From NCBI GenBank assembly GCA_010405405.1, contig MU004234.1:2011275-2067354 (forward strand): a stretch of 56,080 nt of DNA, in the 5' to 3' direction. The position numbers and the translations under genes were made by a program. The stretch's first letter is position 1, and each line of letters begins with the position of its first letter. The notes below the pieces were generated by a model. It was not told the origin of the DNA, searched no databases, and was given only the letters and a program-made list of their open reading frames with translations. The DNA is from Microthyrium microscopicum (Eukaryota). Shown one piece after another: positions 24,204 through 35,220 of the stretch.

Positions 24204-26361
24204 ATGGCGTTTTCTGACTATTCAAAATCTGCAGGCTTGAATGATGGGCCTCTCACGCGATGCAGCTCCTGTATGAAGATAGACGTCGAGAGCTTCATCA
24301 ATCTTGGTTATTACGAGACCAACAAGCAAATCTGGACACATCAGAATAGTTGGGCCGGCTTTAAAACTTCAGCAGTGGATGGATGCCAGCTATGTAGACT
24401 CCTGTGCATATCGGTATTATCTACGCGGATAATCAAGTTGCAGTCAGACGAGGATTCAGGTGGCTCGGTCTCGCTTGCAACAGCGCGACCAAACGCACTC
24501 CATGTCTCCTTCAATGGCTCGCGGGTTGCTGGATTAGCCTTTGGAGCTAGAAGAGGTAACTTGATCTTTCAAATCTTGGAGATTCTCCAATAACAAGAAA
24601 AGGCTTAGGAACGCATGAGGTTGACACTAAAATAAGCAAGTTTGCTCAAGAGCAGCCGGATTCTGATGCTGCCTTTCGTCAGGTTGAGAACTGGCTGACG
24701 ACGTGCCAATCTCATGAGGATTGCTTGGAGGCAAATAACGTGCCTCTTCCATCAAGAGTCTTGGATATTAGGCAGTATCAGATCGACAGTACAGTTAGGT
24801 TGCTTGCTGCGTCGGGCATGAAGGGCAAGTATATTGCGTTGAGCCACTGCTGGGGCAGCACAGGAGACCAATTGGATGATTTGTGAGTACTCTTAAACAC
24901 TTAGGCAAGATTTATTGACATCGAAGGATACGAAAATGCTTAATGACTAATATCGATTCTCTCAAGCGTGGTTTCATGGCTTCTCAACTGCCGCAAAACT
25001 TCCAGGATGCGATTTCCGTTGCAGACAGGCTCGGTATTCAGTAGGTCTTCACCACCCATTTAGTGTGTACGATACCTAACATCTGAATGCTTAGATATGT
25101 TTGGATTGATTCTCTTTGCATCGTACAGGACTCGGTTTCGGATTGGATATTTCAGTCATCTTTGATGAGTGCGGTATATGGTTCGTCCTATTTTACAATC
25201 TACGCCTCAGATGCTGGGTTTCTTCGGCCTCGGAGCAAGGCGAGTTTTCTGGAAGCCAAGGTGTGCCAATTGCCAGGCTCAGGGGACTGGATATACGCAA
25301 GATATCCAAGATACGAAAATTACGTTACCGGTCGGCTTTGGGAGCGTGGCTGGGCTTTCCAGGAACTAATACTTCCTAGCCGAGTCCTGGAATACAGCCC
25401 GTCATATATCAGATGGTACTGCAACTCTGGAATATTGATTGAGACCGCGCCAGATCTCACCACGTCATCGCTGTCCAGGCTGAAAAACAAGATTGCCAGG
25501 ATGAACCAAAGAAACCAAAAACCATTTGAGCACCTTCCGTATGCTACATGGTACGAGCTTGTGCAGTCATACTCCCGTCGAAAGCTTGATAAAGATTCCG
25601 ACAAGCTTCCAGCAGTCGCTGGTCTAGCCAATCTGTTCTTTGATTTGCTCAACGACCAATACCTAGCTGGACTTTGGAAAAAGGATCTGGCTGCTGGCAT
25701 CTGCTGGCGTAAATATCAAGAATCTTTGCAAGAGCCAGCATACTACACTGCGCCATCCTGGAGCTGGGCATCTAAAATCGGACCTGTGGACTTTACATTT
25801 ACTGCATTACACAACTACACTCTTGAAGTAGCCGATTATTCGACATATGTACACGGAAGAAGCCGCTTCGGTCAGGTGAAAGGTGGCTATTTGACCGTCA
25901 AAGGTCCTATGCGTACCTTCAAGATCCCACCAGTGACTGCGGATGTATACGGCACAGAGAAAAATCACACTGGGATTTATGGACCGCCAAAACTTCATTC
26001 AAAAATTGAGGAGAATGCCACCAACCACTGCCACTTCTTCGAAATTAAGACACAAGAGAACTTTCGCAATTCATTAGGAACTGGCATCTGTACCTTCTCG
26101 TTTGATGTCTGCCTCCCAGCTGACTTGCCCACTCTTTACTTGTTCAAACTGAAGAAAGAGGGGATTATAAACATCAAGAAAGCGGAGTTTGCTGGTTCAC
26201 CAGACGGCTTGGTTCTGCGCAGGTATAAACACGAAGACGACTATCTTTATACACGGATTGGGGTATATCAGGTGGCTGATCTCAATGCGCTGCGGATGGC
26301 TTCTGACACCGAGTATACTGAGCTCCGAGGCTGGGTTACGGAAACCATTACGATTGTTTGA
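24204..26361 (+). CDS. HET-domain (heterokaryon incompatibility, PF06985-type) protein
   Basis: Exons 24204-24555, 24603-24882, 24927-25040, 25095-26361. Motifs CQLCRLL, WLTTCQSHEDC..LPSRVLDI, YIALSHCWG, LPQNFQDAI..LGIQYVWIDSLCIVQD, MSAVY, RGWAFQE, DKLPAVAGLA, YLAGLW, APSWSWAS. Confidence 0.93.
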
Positions 26362-27229
26362 GCTGTAAAATGGTTACGGACTGCTCGAATCAAACAGCAG
26401 AGTGGGAGACACTGTTGAATTTACTCGACCTGCTCCTTAAACTTTCACGCACCGGGGCATTGATATGCGGACTACTGTCATAAATCATTGTTGGTGGTCA
26501 ACAATAAGGCGACCGAAACCTTTCTCTTCCTCTTCTTCTTCCTCTTGGTGCTTCGAGTACCTTTGGCAACAGTAAGCCTACTTTGGCCGTTCTCTGCGGA
26601 AGTCTCTGCTATACGACTTTAGTTCTAGCCTACTTCACTGTCTAATAGTTTGGACAGCACTCCAGGCTTCTGCACTACGAGGTTCCATGAGATAGGGTTC
26701 TCTTCCGCTGCTGCTTTCTTGGCCAGTCAACCAGTCGACAAAATAATTGGCACCCTCACATCGAGTGCGATGTCTACCAATGCACCTTACAAAGAGCGAA
26801 CTCGTTAATCACCATCGTGCTCGATATTTTACAACTAGTTTACGCACTCAATGAAATTAAGTAGGCGATAACAGAATGCAGCGGATGGGAGCCAACGAAG
26901 CTGGTGGGAGCGCGCCATTCATTGTGTCGACGGCTTGTCGCTTTGAGCTCTTGTCTGTGTCGTTCCTTCCACTTCTGTCAAAATGACTCCACTGTTGCTC
27001 CTTCCACCTTTGGCAATCGTTCTTGCCATGAGAGCGTACACTCAGTTGTCCGAGCTTCTAGGCTTCCACTGCTCCTTGAACACTGAAAGACAGGATCTTT
27101 CCGGCATTTGACCTCTCCTCCCATCCTCCCATCCCTCAACACCTTTCATTGATTCAAGAGAAGCAACGAAACCGCCAATTGACCCCCTTCTTTGCTACTT
27201 GATCTGGATACGCCCATCGTACTTTTCGG

Positions 27230-28750
27230 ATGGCGTTGACTACGGACGCTGAGCTGCTCGATAACATGGATTCGGACAGCATCTCGTCAGTCGGCACAAG
27301 CTCATCTACAGACACGGACGAGAGTCTCGAGCCGCCATGCCCGTTTCCACAGCTGTTCCATCCAACAATGCAGGCGGTCCCCAAATTACGACAAACCCAT
27401 CTGGGAAGCAGCAGAGTCGATGGGAACTTGAGTGTACTGGATCTTTACTCTCCCCTTCGCCCCCTACAGACTTCACCGCTTTTGAAGCTACCAAACGAGA
27501 TACTCGATATGATTGCTCGACTCGCCACAACCTCGAAACCCCCTTCACTGCTGGCAAACTGCGAAGTCTGTCCCATCTACGGTCAGATTGAGGTTAAAAA
27601 GCTCGGAGGGGTATGCTATCAGTTGTGGCAGATTACGAGACCATTGTCCTACCAAGAAATCATCATTACCATGGTTCCTAAACCGAAGAGTTCTGTCGTA
27701 TACTTCAAAAGCTTTCAACTACTCAGAGCTCAAGCGGCAAAGGGTTTCTGTCGCATCTTAGAGCTATCAGCTGTTACAGTTGCCCCATCGACTCAACCTC
27801 CCGACGAAAAATGCAAATGGACGAAGGGCGATAAAAGAATGACTCTTGAACTGTTAGAAGTTCTTCGTTCCATCACATGTGTCCGTCTCAGCTATGATGT
27901 CAACCTAAGGTGGCATGGACAAGCTGTAGCGATGCTGCTATCACACATACCCTGTTTGCGACATCTCAAGGATAACAGCGAGGAACCGGCGATGGCACAA
28001 CTCAAGCGATTATTTCAGACACCAAAGCACTTGCAAGCAATCGATGTGTCTCAGAAATCAATGGAATTCATCCGCCAATTGACACTTCCATCTCAAGAAT
28101 GGCTTACCGACCTTCGCATACGCATAGACTATGCCAATACTTTCAGCTGGTCTGGCATTCTTTCACCTTGGTTGCCCAATCTCCAAATCCTCCGTCTGAG
28201 GGACGATGACATTATGGGACTGGGGCCGGCTAATATTGTAAGCAGGATGTTTGGTCCTGTGACGCATACACTTGTCGTTGATTGCTTCGATCTTTGTCCT
28301 CTTCCCTTGCCTTGGTCCACTTTGGCATCAGAGCTACTCGAGCCCAGACGTCAGCTTTTGATAGAAGCGAAGAAGAAACCTGCATTCCGGAACTTCATAG
28401 TTGATCGGCCCTACGGCATGTACCTTTGGGAATACGAAGGTGTCTTGGACTTGGATCTTTATGGACTGAATCAGCAACTGCAATGCTGGGCACATCCGCC
28501 AGATGATCCACCTTTGCGGCTAGGCGATTTTGAGAGGTGCGAAAATCCATTTGCGGCGCTCGAGCAGCTGAAAAAAGAAGTTGAAGGCACAAACGTCACT
28601 TGTGAGATTGATCTTCCTCAAGTTGATGAAGATCGATGGCAGGAAATGTTATCGGGTGCGATTGGCGAGGTGACAGACTTTCGCGACGAGTGGCTTTTGC
28701 CAGAGACACACGAAGCATGGTGGCACTCTGATTCCGATATGTCGATGTAG
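27230..28750 (+). CDS. F-box-like protein with Leu-rich C-terminal region
   Basis: 506-aa intronless ORF. SPLLKLPNEILDMIARL..KKLGGVCYQLWQITRPLSYQEI is the fungal F-box-like pattern, followed by LxxLxL-like segments (LPNLQILRL). Confidence 0.7.
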   Translation: MALTTDAELLDNMDSDSISSVGTSSSTDTDESLEPPCPFPQLFHPTMQAVPKLRQTHLGSSRVDGNLSVLDLYSPLRPLQTSPLLKLPNEILDMIARLATTSKPPSLLANCEVCPIYGQIEVKKLGGVCYQLWQITRPLSYQEIIITMVPKPKSSVVYFKSFQLLRAQAAKGFCRILELSAVTVAPSTQPPDEKCKWTKGDKRMTLELLEVLRSITCVRLSYDVNLRWHGQAVAMLLSHIPCLRHLKDNSEEPAMAQLKRLFQTPKHLQAIDVSQKSMEFIRQLTLPSQEWLTDLRIRIDYANTFSWSGILSPWLPNLQILRLRDDDIMGLGPANIVSRMFGPVTHTLVVDCFDLCPLPLPWSTLASELLEPRRQLLIEAKKKPAFRNFIVDRPYGMYLWEYEGVLDLDLYGLNQQLQCWAHPPDDPPLRLGDFERCENPFAALEQLKKEVEGTNVTCEIDLPQVDEDRWQEMLSGAIGEVTDFRDEWLLPETHEAWWHSDSDMSM

Positions 28751-29194
28751 CAAAGTCATAGCATTAGCATTGCGGCGATAGAAACTATCGATTGCTATCA
28801 TCGCGATCTCCTTGCATCAATTATCAACTTAATATATTTCGACGGCAAAACGGATTTCTTGTACTTTTAGCGCACTTACATAGATCAATACGATTTTAGA
28901 ATGCTCCCATCAAGTAGAATGTCTGCCATCGGCCGCGCTTGATTACGACGTGCTTTTTTTCCTTCTATCCTGAGCGTCACATGTTTGGTTCCCCGTCAAG
29001 TGCGGTGAGGTTTAAAGTATATCTTCTTCAAACAGTGCGATGGAGGACATCTTATTTGATGAAAGCGTGAGAATCATTTCATCCATCCGTCGACAAGAAC
29101 CTGATCGACGGCTAATAACGATAAAAGGTAAACGAGTCAATATTGCCTAACACTAAATAACTAACCTACGGCTTGAACGCACAATCAATCTCAT

Positions 29195-30221
29195 TCAAGA
29201 CTCTGGAACAGACCTCATGGCATTGCCAGCAAGTCTATCGACTGCGAGCATTCCCTCGCTTCGACGCTTATGGCCTGGGATCCAGTGGTTGTGAACAGGC
29301 ACTTCCTTCCGTCCAATGATTCTGGCCATAATTTTGCCTCGCTCAATCCAATACTTCATTCCTGGTCGATGATTACCACCACTTCCGCGACTGTTCAGAG
29401 CCTTCAGCGTATTTTGTGAGTCGCCGAAGAAGAACAGATCATCGCCCTTCTTCAAAAGAGGTGCTACCTGCTTTAGACCATAAAGATATGCAGCAGCTTC
29501 AGCCTCAGCGCCATCTTCACCCATGAAGCCAATCGAGAACTCTGTCAGCGTCTCCTCATTGGCGCGACGATATGCCACTCCCACTCCCATTCGTACCGGT
29601 CCTTTGTCGGCTCTAGGTGCTGCAGCGGAACCATCAGCCCACAAGAGTATGCGGTTGCTGGGACCTTTCAAAGCGATAATCATTCGTTCGAAAGTGACAG
29701 CGCGATCGAACTGCTGGATCATGGTGTGGCCAGAGGAAAACAGAGACGGCGCAAACATGCGAATTTCAGGTTTGCCGCTTCGGGTGAGCCATGTATTGTG
29801 GGAAGGCACAGAGAAGTCATCGCGAACAATTCGGAGAGAAGCAAGAATTTCTGGAGGTAGTATATCGGGAACGACAACTTGGAAATATGAATTGATTGCG
29901 CTGCAATGTTCGAATAATCTCGAGTCCATGACTGCGGAGTAACCCAAGCGGAAGGGTAGTGTCAGTCCTGGGGCAGCAGTAGGAGGAGACACTATAGTGA
30001 GCTGGTATAGATATGTCAGTTGATAAACTCTGATATACGTGTGATTATTGACTTACGTCTTGCATGGAAGCTTCGATACCAAGTTCTGAAATATTGTTCT
30101 CGATACTGTCGGTGGAATCGTCCGAATAGTTTTTGTTTGAGATTGGGTCCTCTGGGCCGCAATCAGATAGAACGTTTTCGGCAGCATCCATTGAGATTGG
30201 AGCAACAGGCATAGTAGACAT
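29195..30221 (-). CDS. Stand-alone RNase H (type I, non-LTR retrotransposon-like) domain protein
   Basis: Exon 1 30221-30057, intron 30056-30002 (GTAAGT..CTGAC..CAG), exon 2 30001-29195; about 323 aa. Ordered RNase HI motifs WADGS, GVGVAY, EAEAAA, FGDSQ, HWIPGH, EG..AVDRLA. Confidence 0.8.
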
Positions 30222-31874
30222 GTTCAAAGAGTGTTATTTTTGGAATTGTGATTGGCGAAGCGTTTTCTGCAGATGAAAGGCTTACGCTTTGTATAAGACG
30301 AGGTTTTCAGCAATATGAAAGAACGAGGATGGTAGGGAAAGGCGCAGAACTATGAAGCAAAGTGTTTTGTGAAGAAGATGGCGTCAAAGAAGGTAATGGA
30401 ATGGTGGTAATTCTATATAGGGCAAAGCGTACACCGCCTTAAGAAAAATATATCGGTGACTACATGTGGCCTAGCTAACACTGTCACGGTAAGGCTTCGG
30501 AGGTATCAATATCAGGAAGCCAATCGTAAGCAATCTTAGCGCCATCTGGAATAGAAAACCGTTTCTTCATCGGTAGGTAGGAGAGAAGCACGGCAGGAGG
30601 TATCCCGAGTTATCAGTAACCAAGCGTCTGAGCAGCCAAGCGTCTGAGCATCTTGAGAGGAAGATCCATGGTGATTGCTTATGTCTGGCTCGCAGTCTAT
30701 GTCCAGTCTATCGTTCTGCTGATAGATAATGCTTCGAAGAGGTAAACTGGCGGGCTATACCAGGCTATATAAATAAGAACGCTCAGTCGTTGTGTCAGAA
30801 GCAAACATCAGTTAATTTGAGCAATCGCCTTTATCAAAACTCATTTTGTCTTCTTTATTTGGCCCAAGTAGACACGAATGATTCATAGTGACAGATAATA
30901 TCATACCTGATAAGCTTCCTGAGCTTTCGACTCAAATGCGATCTCACGAGATTCGCCGTACGGCTGTCACTGGCATAAACTTCGATCAGCGTCCTCGAAA
31001 ATATCTTCAGCTTGTTGCTCCCGAGCGCCACCCGGTGTTTTCTGAGCGACATTGACTTCGTCATGTCAGGCTGAATGATCTCGATATATGGAGACGCTCA
31101 AGCAAGGCAAATGGGAGCAATTTTGCGCACTTAGATGATATATCATTATATCGTATTATCGGGCTGATAAAAAGCCGTGAGCATGGCCTGTGAGATATCT
31201 AGTAAGACAAACCAAACAGATTTGAGATCAGATCTCAGGGTCGGAATACAATTGGTATGATGGCCTATTGTAGTGGTGAAATTGCTCTATGTAGTCTTCC
31301 TCTGGCACTTGCCGTTGAGCTGATCCTGCTGTACCTGCCACTGCTTCATATTGAAACGGGCACCACGATGGCCAGACTCGGGAGATATAAATCTAAGAAT
31401 GTTTGAAAAGGTGCCAAGTCCACCCACGGAGAATTTCTTTCGAAAGCAAAACTGAGAGAAGGATCCAATTTGGCCAAGGGGAGCAAGATCCAAAGAGCTT
31501 TCAGGAGAAGAGAAGGTGGAAGATGGCAAGGACATTCGTGAAGACGCTATAGTAGGGCCTGATGAAAAGACGCAATCGGTTCCTCTGAAAGCGAGTTGAT
31601 GATTATCTAATATAACCATTCTACCATTTTGTGTTCTCTCTTGCGAGCAAGACCAAGGAGTATGAAAGAAGGAGCTTCGAACTGGAGCTTATTTCCCCAC
31701 TCGCCTAAAAATGACGTGCATATACAGACATCACTGCACATACATCAGCTCAGGTTCCATCCAACTCAAATTACGAAGACGAAAACCGGAGCTTGAGATT
31801 CTCTCAACTTGAAGCGTATCGTCGAATCACGAGCTAACTGCCACGTCGACTTAGAAAGCTGCAGCGACTTCAAA

Positions 31875-33968
31875 ATGGTTAGTTTCATCGTTCTCTCATA
31901 CTACCATCATCAACGCGCCATAATTTGAATACAATGTCGCAGCTGATATTTGACTGATCTAATTTCTTCCAACTCCTTGATCATAAACCCCAAATAATGA
32001 CCGTTCAAGGCTAACAACAACTAGGCCTCGTCAAGTGCGTCTAAACTTGTCGAACCCCGTATCAAACTCACAAGGACTAGACAGACACTTTATATCTGAC
32101 CCGACGCACCTGATAACCACCGCCCTCCACTCCCATACCCTCACGAATCCCTCCCTGACCCACCACCGCACCAACAGGATCCTCTCTCGCCCGCCCTCTT
32201 CTACCGTCGGCCTCATCTCCGGCGGCGGCTCAGGCCATGAGCCGAGTTTCGCTGGCTTCGTCGGTGAAGGCTTGTTAAGTGCGAGCGTTGCGGGAAGTTT
32301 GTTTGCGAGCCCAAGTGCTGAGCAGGTTAGTCAAGCGATACGGCTGGTCGCCGCCGGGAACGGTGGGCGCGGCGTATGTGTAGTTGTTATGAACTACACG
32401 GGCGACGTTCTGAACTTTGGACTCGCAGTGGAGAAGGCGAAGGCTAGGGGTGAAAAGGTTGAGTTGGTGGTTGTGGGCGATGATGTTGGTGTAGGGAGAG
32501 AACAGGGTGGGAAGGTTGGGAGAAGGGGGATTGCGGGGACTTGTTTGGTCTTGAAGATTGTTGGTGCGCTGGCGGGAACTGGGTGAGTAAATGCAAGTTA
32601 ATGGAAGCGTGGTCTGATGAGTGGTTCAGGGCGGATCTGGAGAGCGTGGTTGATGTCGCAAGGCTGGTGGCGGCGAATACGGTTTCGATTGGAGCATCGC
32701 TGGCACATGTCCATGTCCCGGGTCGCGATGAGAGTAATGAAGATGATCTCAAGTCTAATGAGGTCGAGCTGGGCATGGGTATCCATAATGAGGCCGGGTC
32801 GGCGCGATTGAAGGATGCGGATTTGCCAACGCTGGTAAAGACAATGTTGGCTCATCTGCTTGATCAGTCGGATAAAGATCGCGCGTTTCTCAAGATTGAC
32901 AGCCAAGATAGTGTTGTTCTAATGATCAATAACCTGGGCGGAGTCAGCGTGCTTGAGATGGGTGGTATTGCAACTGAAGTTGCAGATCAGCTCGAAAAGA
33001 GCTGGAAGATTAAACCTGTAAGAGTTCTGGTGGGCACATATATGACAAGCTTAAACGGCCTGGGATTTAGTATTAGTTTGCTCAAAGTTATGGACACTGG
33101 ACTGGGAAATGGCAAGAGCATGATTGAGCTATTAGACAGCCCGGCAGAAGCTATAGGATGGAGTGCCCCTATCAAGAAAGAAACTTGGACTTCCAAGAGG
33201 ATCAATGCAGCTAAAGAACAAGTTCAGGAGTTCGAGGTAAAGCCGGCAAATTTCAAAAGTAAGCTACCAGAACTATGGATGTTAAGTCAGCTAACGATGG
33301 TCAAGTCAAGTATGCTCGATCAGTAACCGCACTGACTTCAGGTCTCCGCGCCGTAATCAAAGCGGAGCCTGATATCACAAACTATGACACAGTAGTTGGT
33401 GATGGGGATTGCGGAATTGGCCTCAAAAGAGGAGCCGAGGGTAAGTCATGCTGCATGCTTAATTATGTGCTCACAATCATTAGGAATTCTCGAAATGCTC
33501 AAGGACGCCGAGCCAACAGATGATATTGCCATCTTCCTCGACCGTATCATCCAGGTAGTGGAATCAGCCATGGATGGGACGTCGGGAGCATTATATGCAA
33601 TCTTCTTGAACACTCTGGCGCAAAACATCAGGAAACAGTCCCCAGACAAGGCAGAGGACATGCAACTCGGGATATGGGCCAAAGCTCTCGAGCCATCTTT
33701 GAGCGCGCTAGGCAAGTATACGCCAGCAAAAGTAGGGGATCGGACGTTGGTGGATGCCTTGGAGCCTTTCATTTCCACTCTTTCACACTATGGATCGATT
33801 GATAGAGCCGCACAAGCTGCCGCCACAGGGGCAGAGAAAACCAAATCAATGAAAGCCAGCCTTGGGCGATCCGTGTATGTCAGCGGCGAGAGATGGGATA
33901 CGGTACCAGACCCGGGTGCATATGGGCTAGCAGTTTTCCTCCAGGGATTGGCTGATGGATTAAAATAA
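31875..33968 (+). CDS. DAK1: Dihydroxyacetone kinase (Dak1+Dak2 domains)
   Basis: Exons 31875-31877, 32025-32034, 32081-32582, 32630-33258, 33306-33440, 33484-33968. Motifs [67 protein letters not shown]. Confidence 0.95.
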
Positions 33969-34106
33969 TTATCGACAGGCGCGATATATCGATTTCATGA
34001 TTTCGTAGTCTAGCGGGAAACGGCCCAGTGGTATCTTCTCCTTTCCCAACTTCCAGGTTTTCATACGCCCCAACACCAAGTTACTGTATAGATATCGTAA
34101 GCGCCA

Positions 34107-34616
34107 TTAACTGAGAAGAACGAGAATGACAGAGTCGCCGCGTAGGAACCTGGAGAATATTAGTACTAGCACATACCAATGCAACAACATTCAACTCACA
34201 TCTTGCTGATGAAACGATCCTTATTGACTGGGCGGCCTTTCTTGCCTTGTGCAGTGCGGGGAGTTTCAGTCCACATCTCCTTCACATTCTCGAGGACCAT
34301 ATTGCAATGTCGGTCAAAAGCTTTGACTCTTGCGAGAAGCTTGCGGTTGTTGCGACATGAGATCAGGACTTGTGTATGGGATCGAACGGCGGTTTGAAGG
34401 ATGGATAAGGGGCCGACAGTGAACTCGTGCTCTTCGAGAAGCTGAATCTCGTACTCCCTAAGGTTTATTAGCTCTAGTGCAAACAGGAAGAGTGTGGGAG
34501 ATGCCTACGTGAGTTCAGCACGGGGCTTGTTTTGAAGTTCTCTGTAGTAATGTTAGCAAAAGCAGGCGACAAGGCCGATTAGGCATCAGAGCTTACTGGA
34601 TCTTTGCGTCGGACAT
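34107..34616 (-). CDS. SMD2: Small nuclear ribonucleoprotein Sm D2
   Basis: Not in the ORF track. Four exons with three GT-AG introns splice to [105 protein letters not shown]. Confidence 0.96.
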
Positions 34617-35220
34617 GGTGGGTATAAAGAGAGGGGCAGTGCCGACGGGTTTGGAGCTTTCTTGCGTGTTATGCCAAAAGTGTTGAGCTCGAGAACTTTT
34701 GGTTTTTGACATCTGGAGGTTGAAGTTCATGCCAATCTCGGAAAACAACTCGGACCGACAGAGATTATTTCAGCCACTTGTTCGGGCCGACCGTCCCAGT
34801 AATCGATGCCGGCGCTAGTTCAAACTAGCCACAGTTCAAGTCGCGACTGAAGTTCGCTAGCTCCAACGCGCTCATGGTACTTTCCGCGCTAGATCTTCCA
34901 GCCTCCAAAACTGCCATTTTGTCTGAGCTCCTCAACTCCAATAAACTGCTTCGACCTCACCATTTATACTCCTGTCAACCACTTCTCCCGCCCTGTCAGA
35001 TACTCTCAGCTGATAAAGAACACGCCTTCTCCTCTAGGTGCATCCCCTCAATCTTTTAAACATCGAAGAGCGCGGCGTTTCCAAACAGAAAAGCTCCACA
35101 AAGCTCAAGTACCTCTCCACGCGCCCGTAACATCCTCTCTGCTCCAGGCAATATTCCGAGGACAATCTTCACTCTCTACGCCATGCTTTACAGTTGACAC
35201 TTCTGTTTGTCCGATTATCA

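Noticed and set aside
30620..30650. 15-bp direct repeat CCAAGCGTCTGAGCA
   Set aside because: Adjacent two-copy duplication with nothing between; could be an excision footprint but there is no support.
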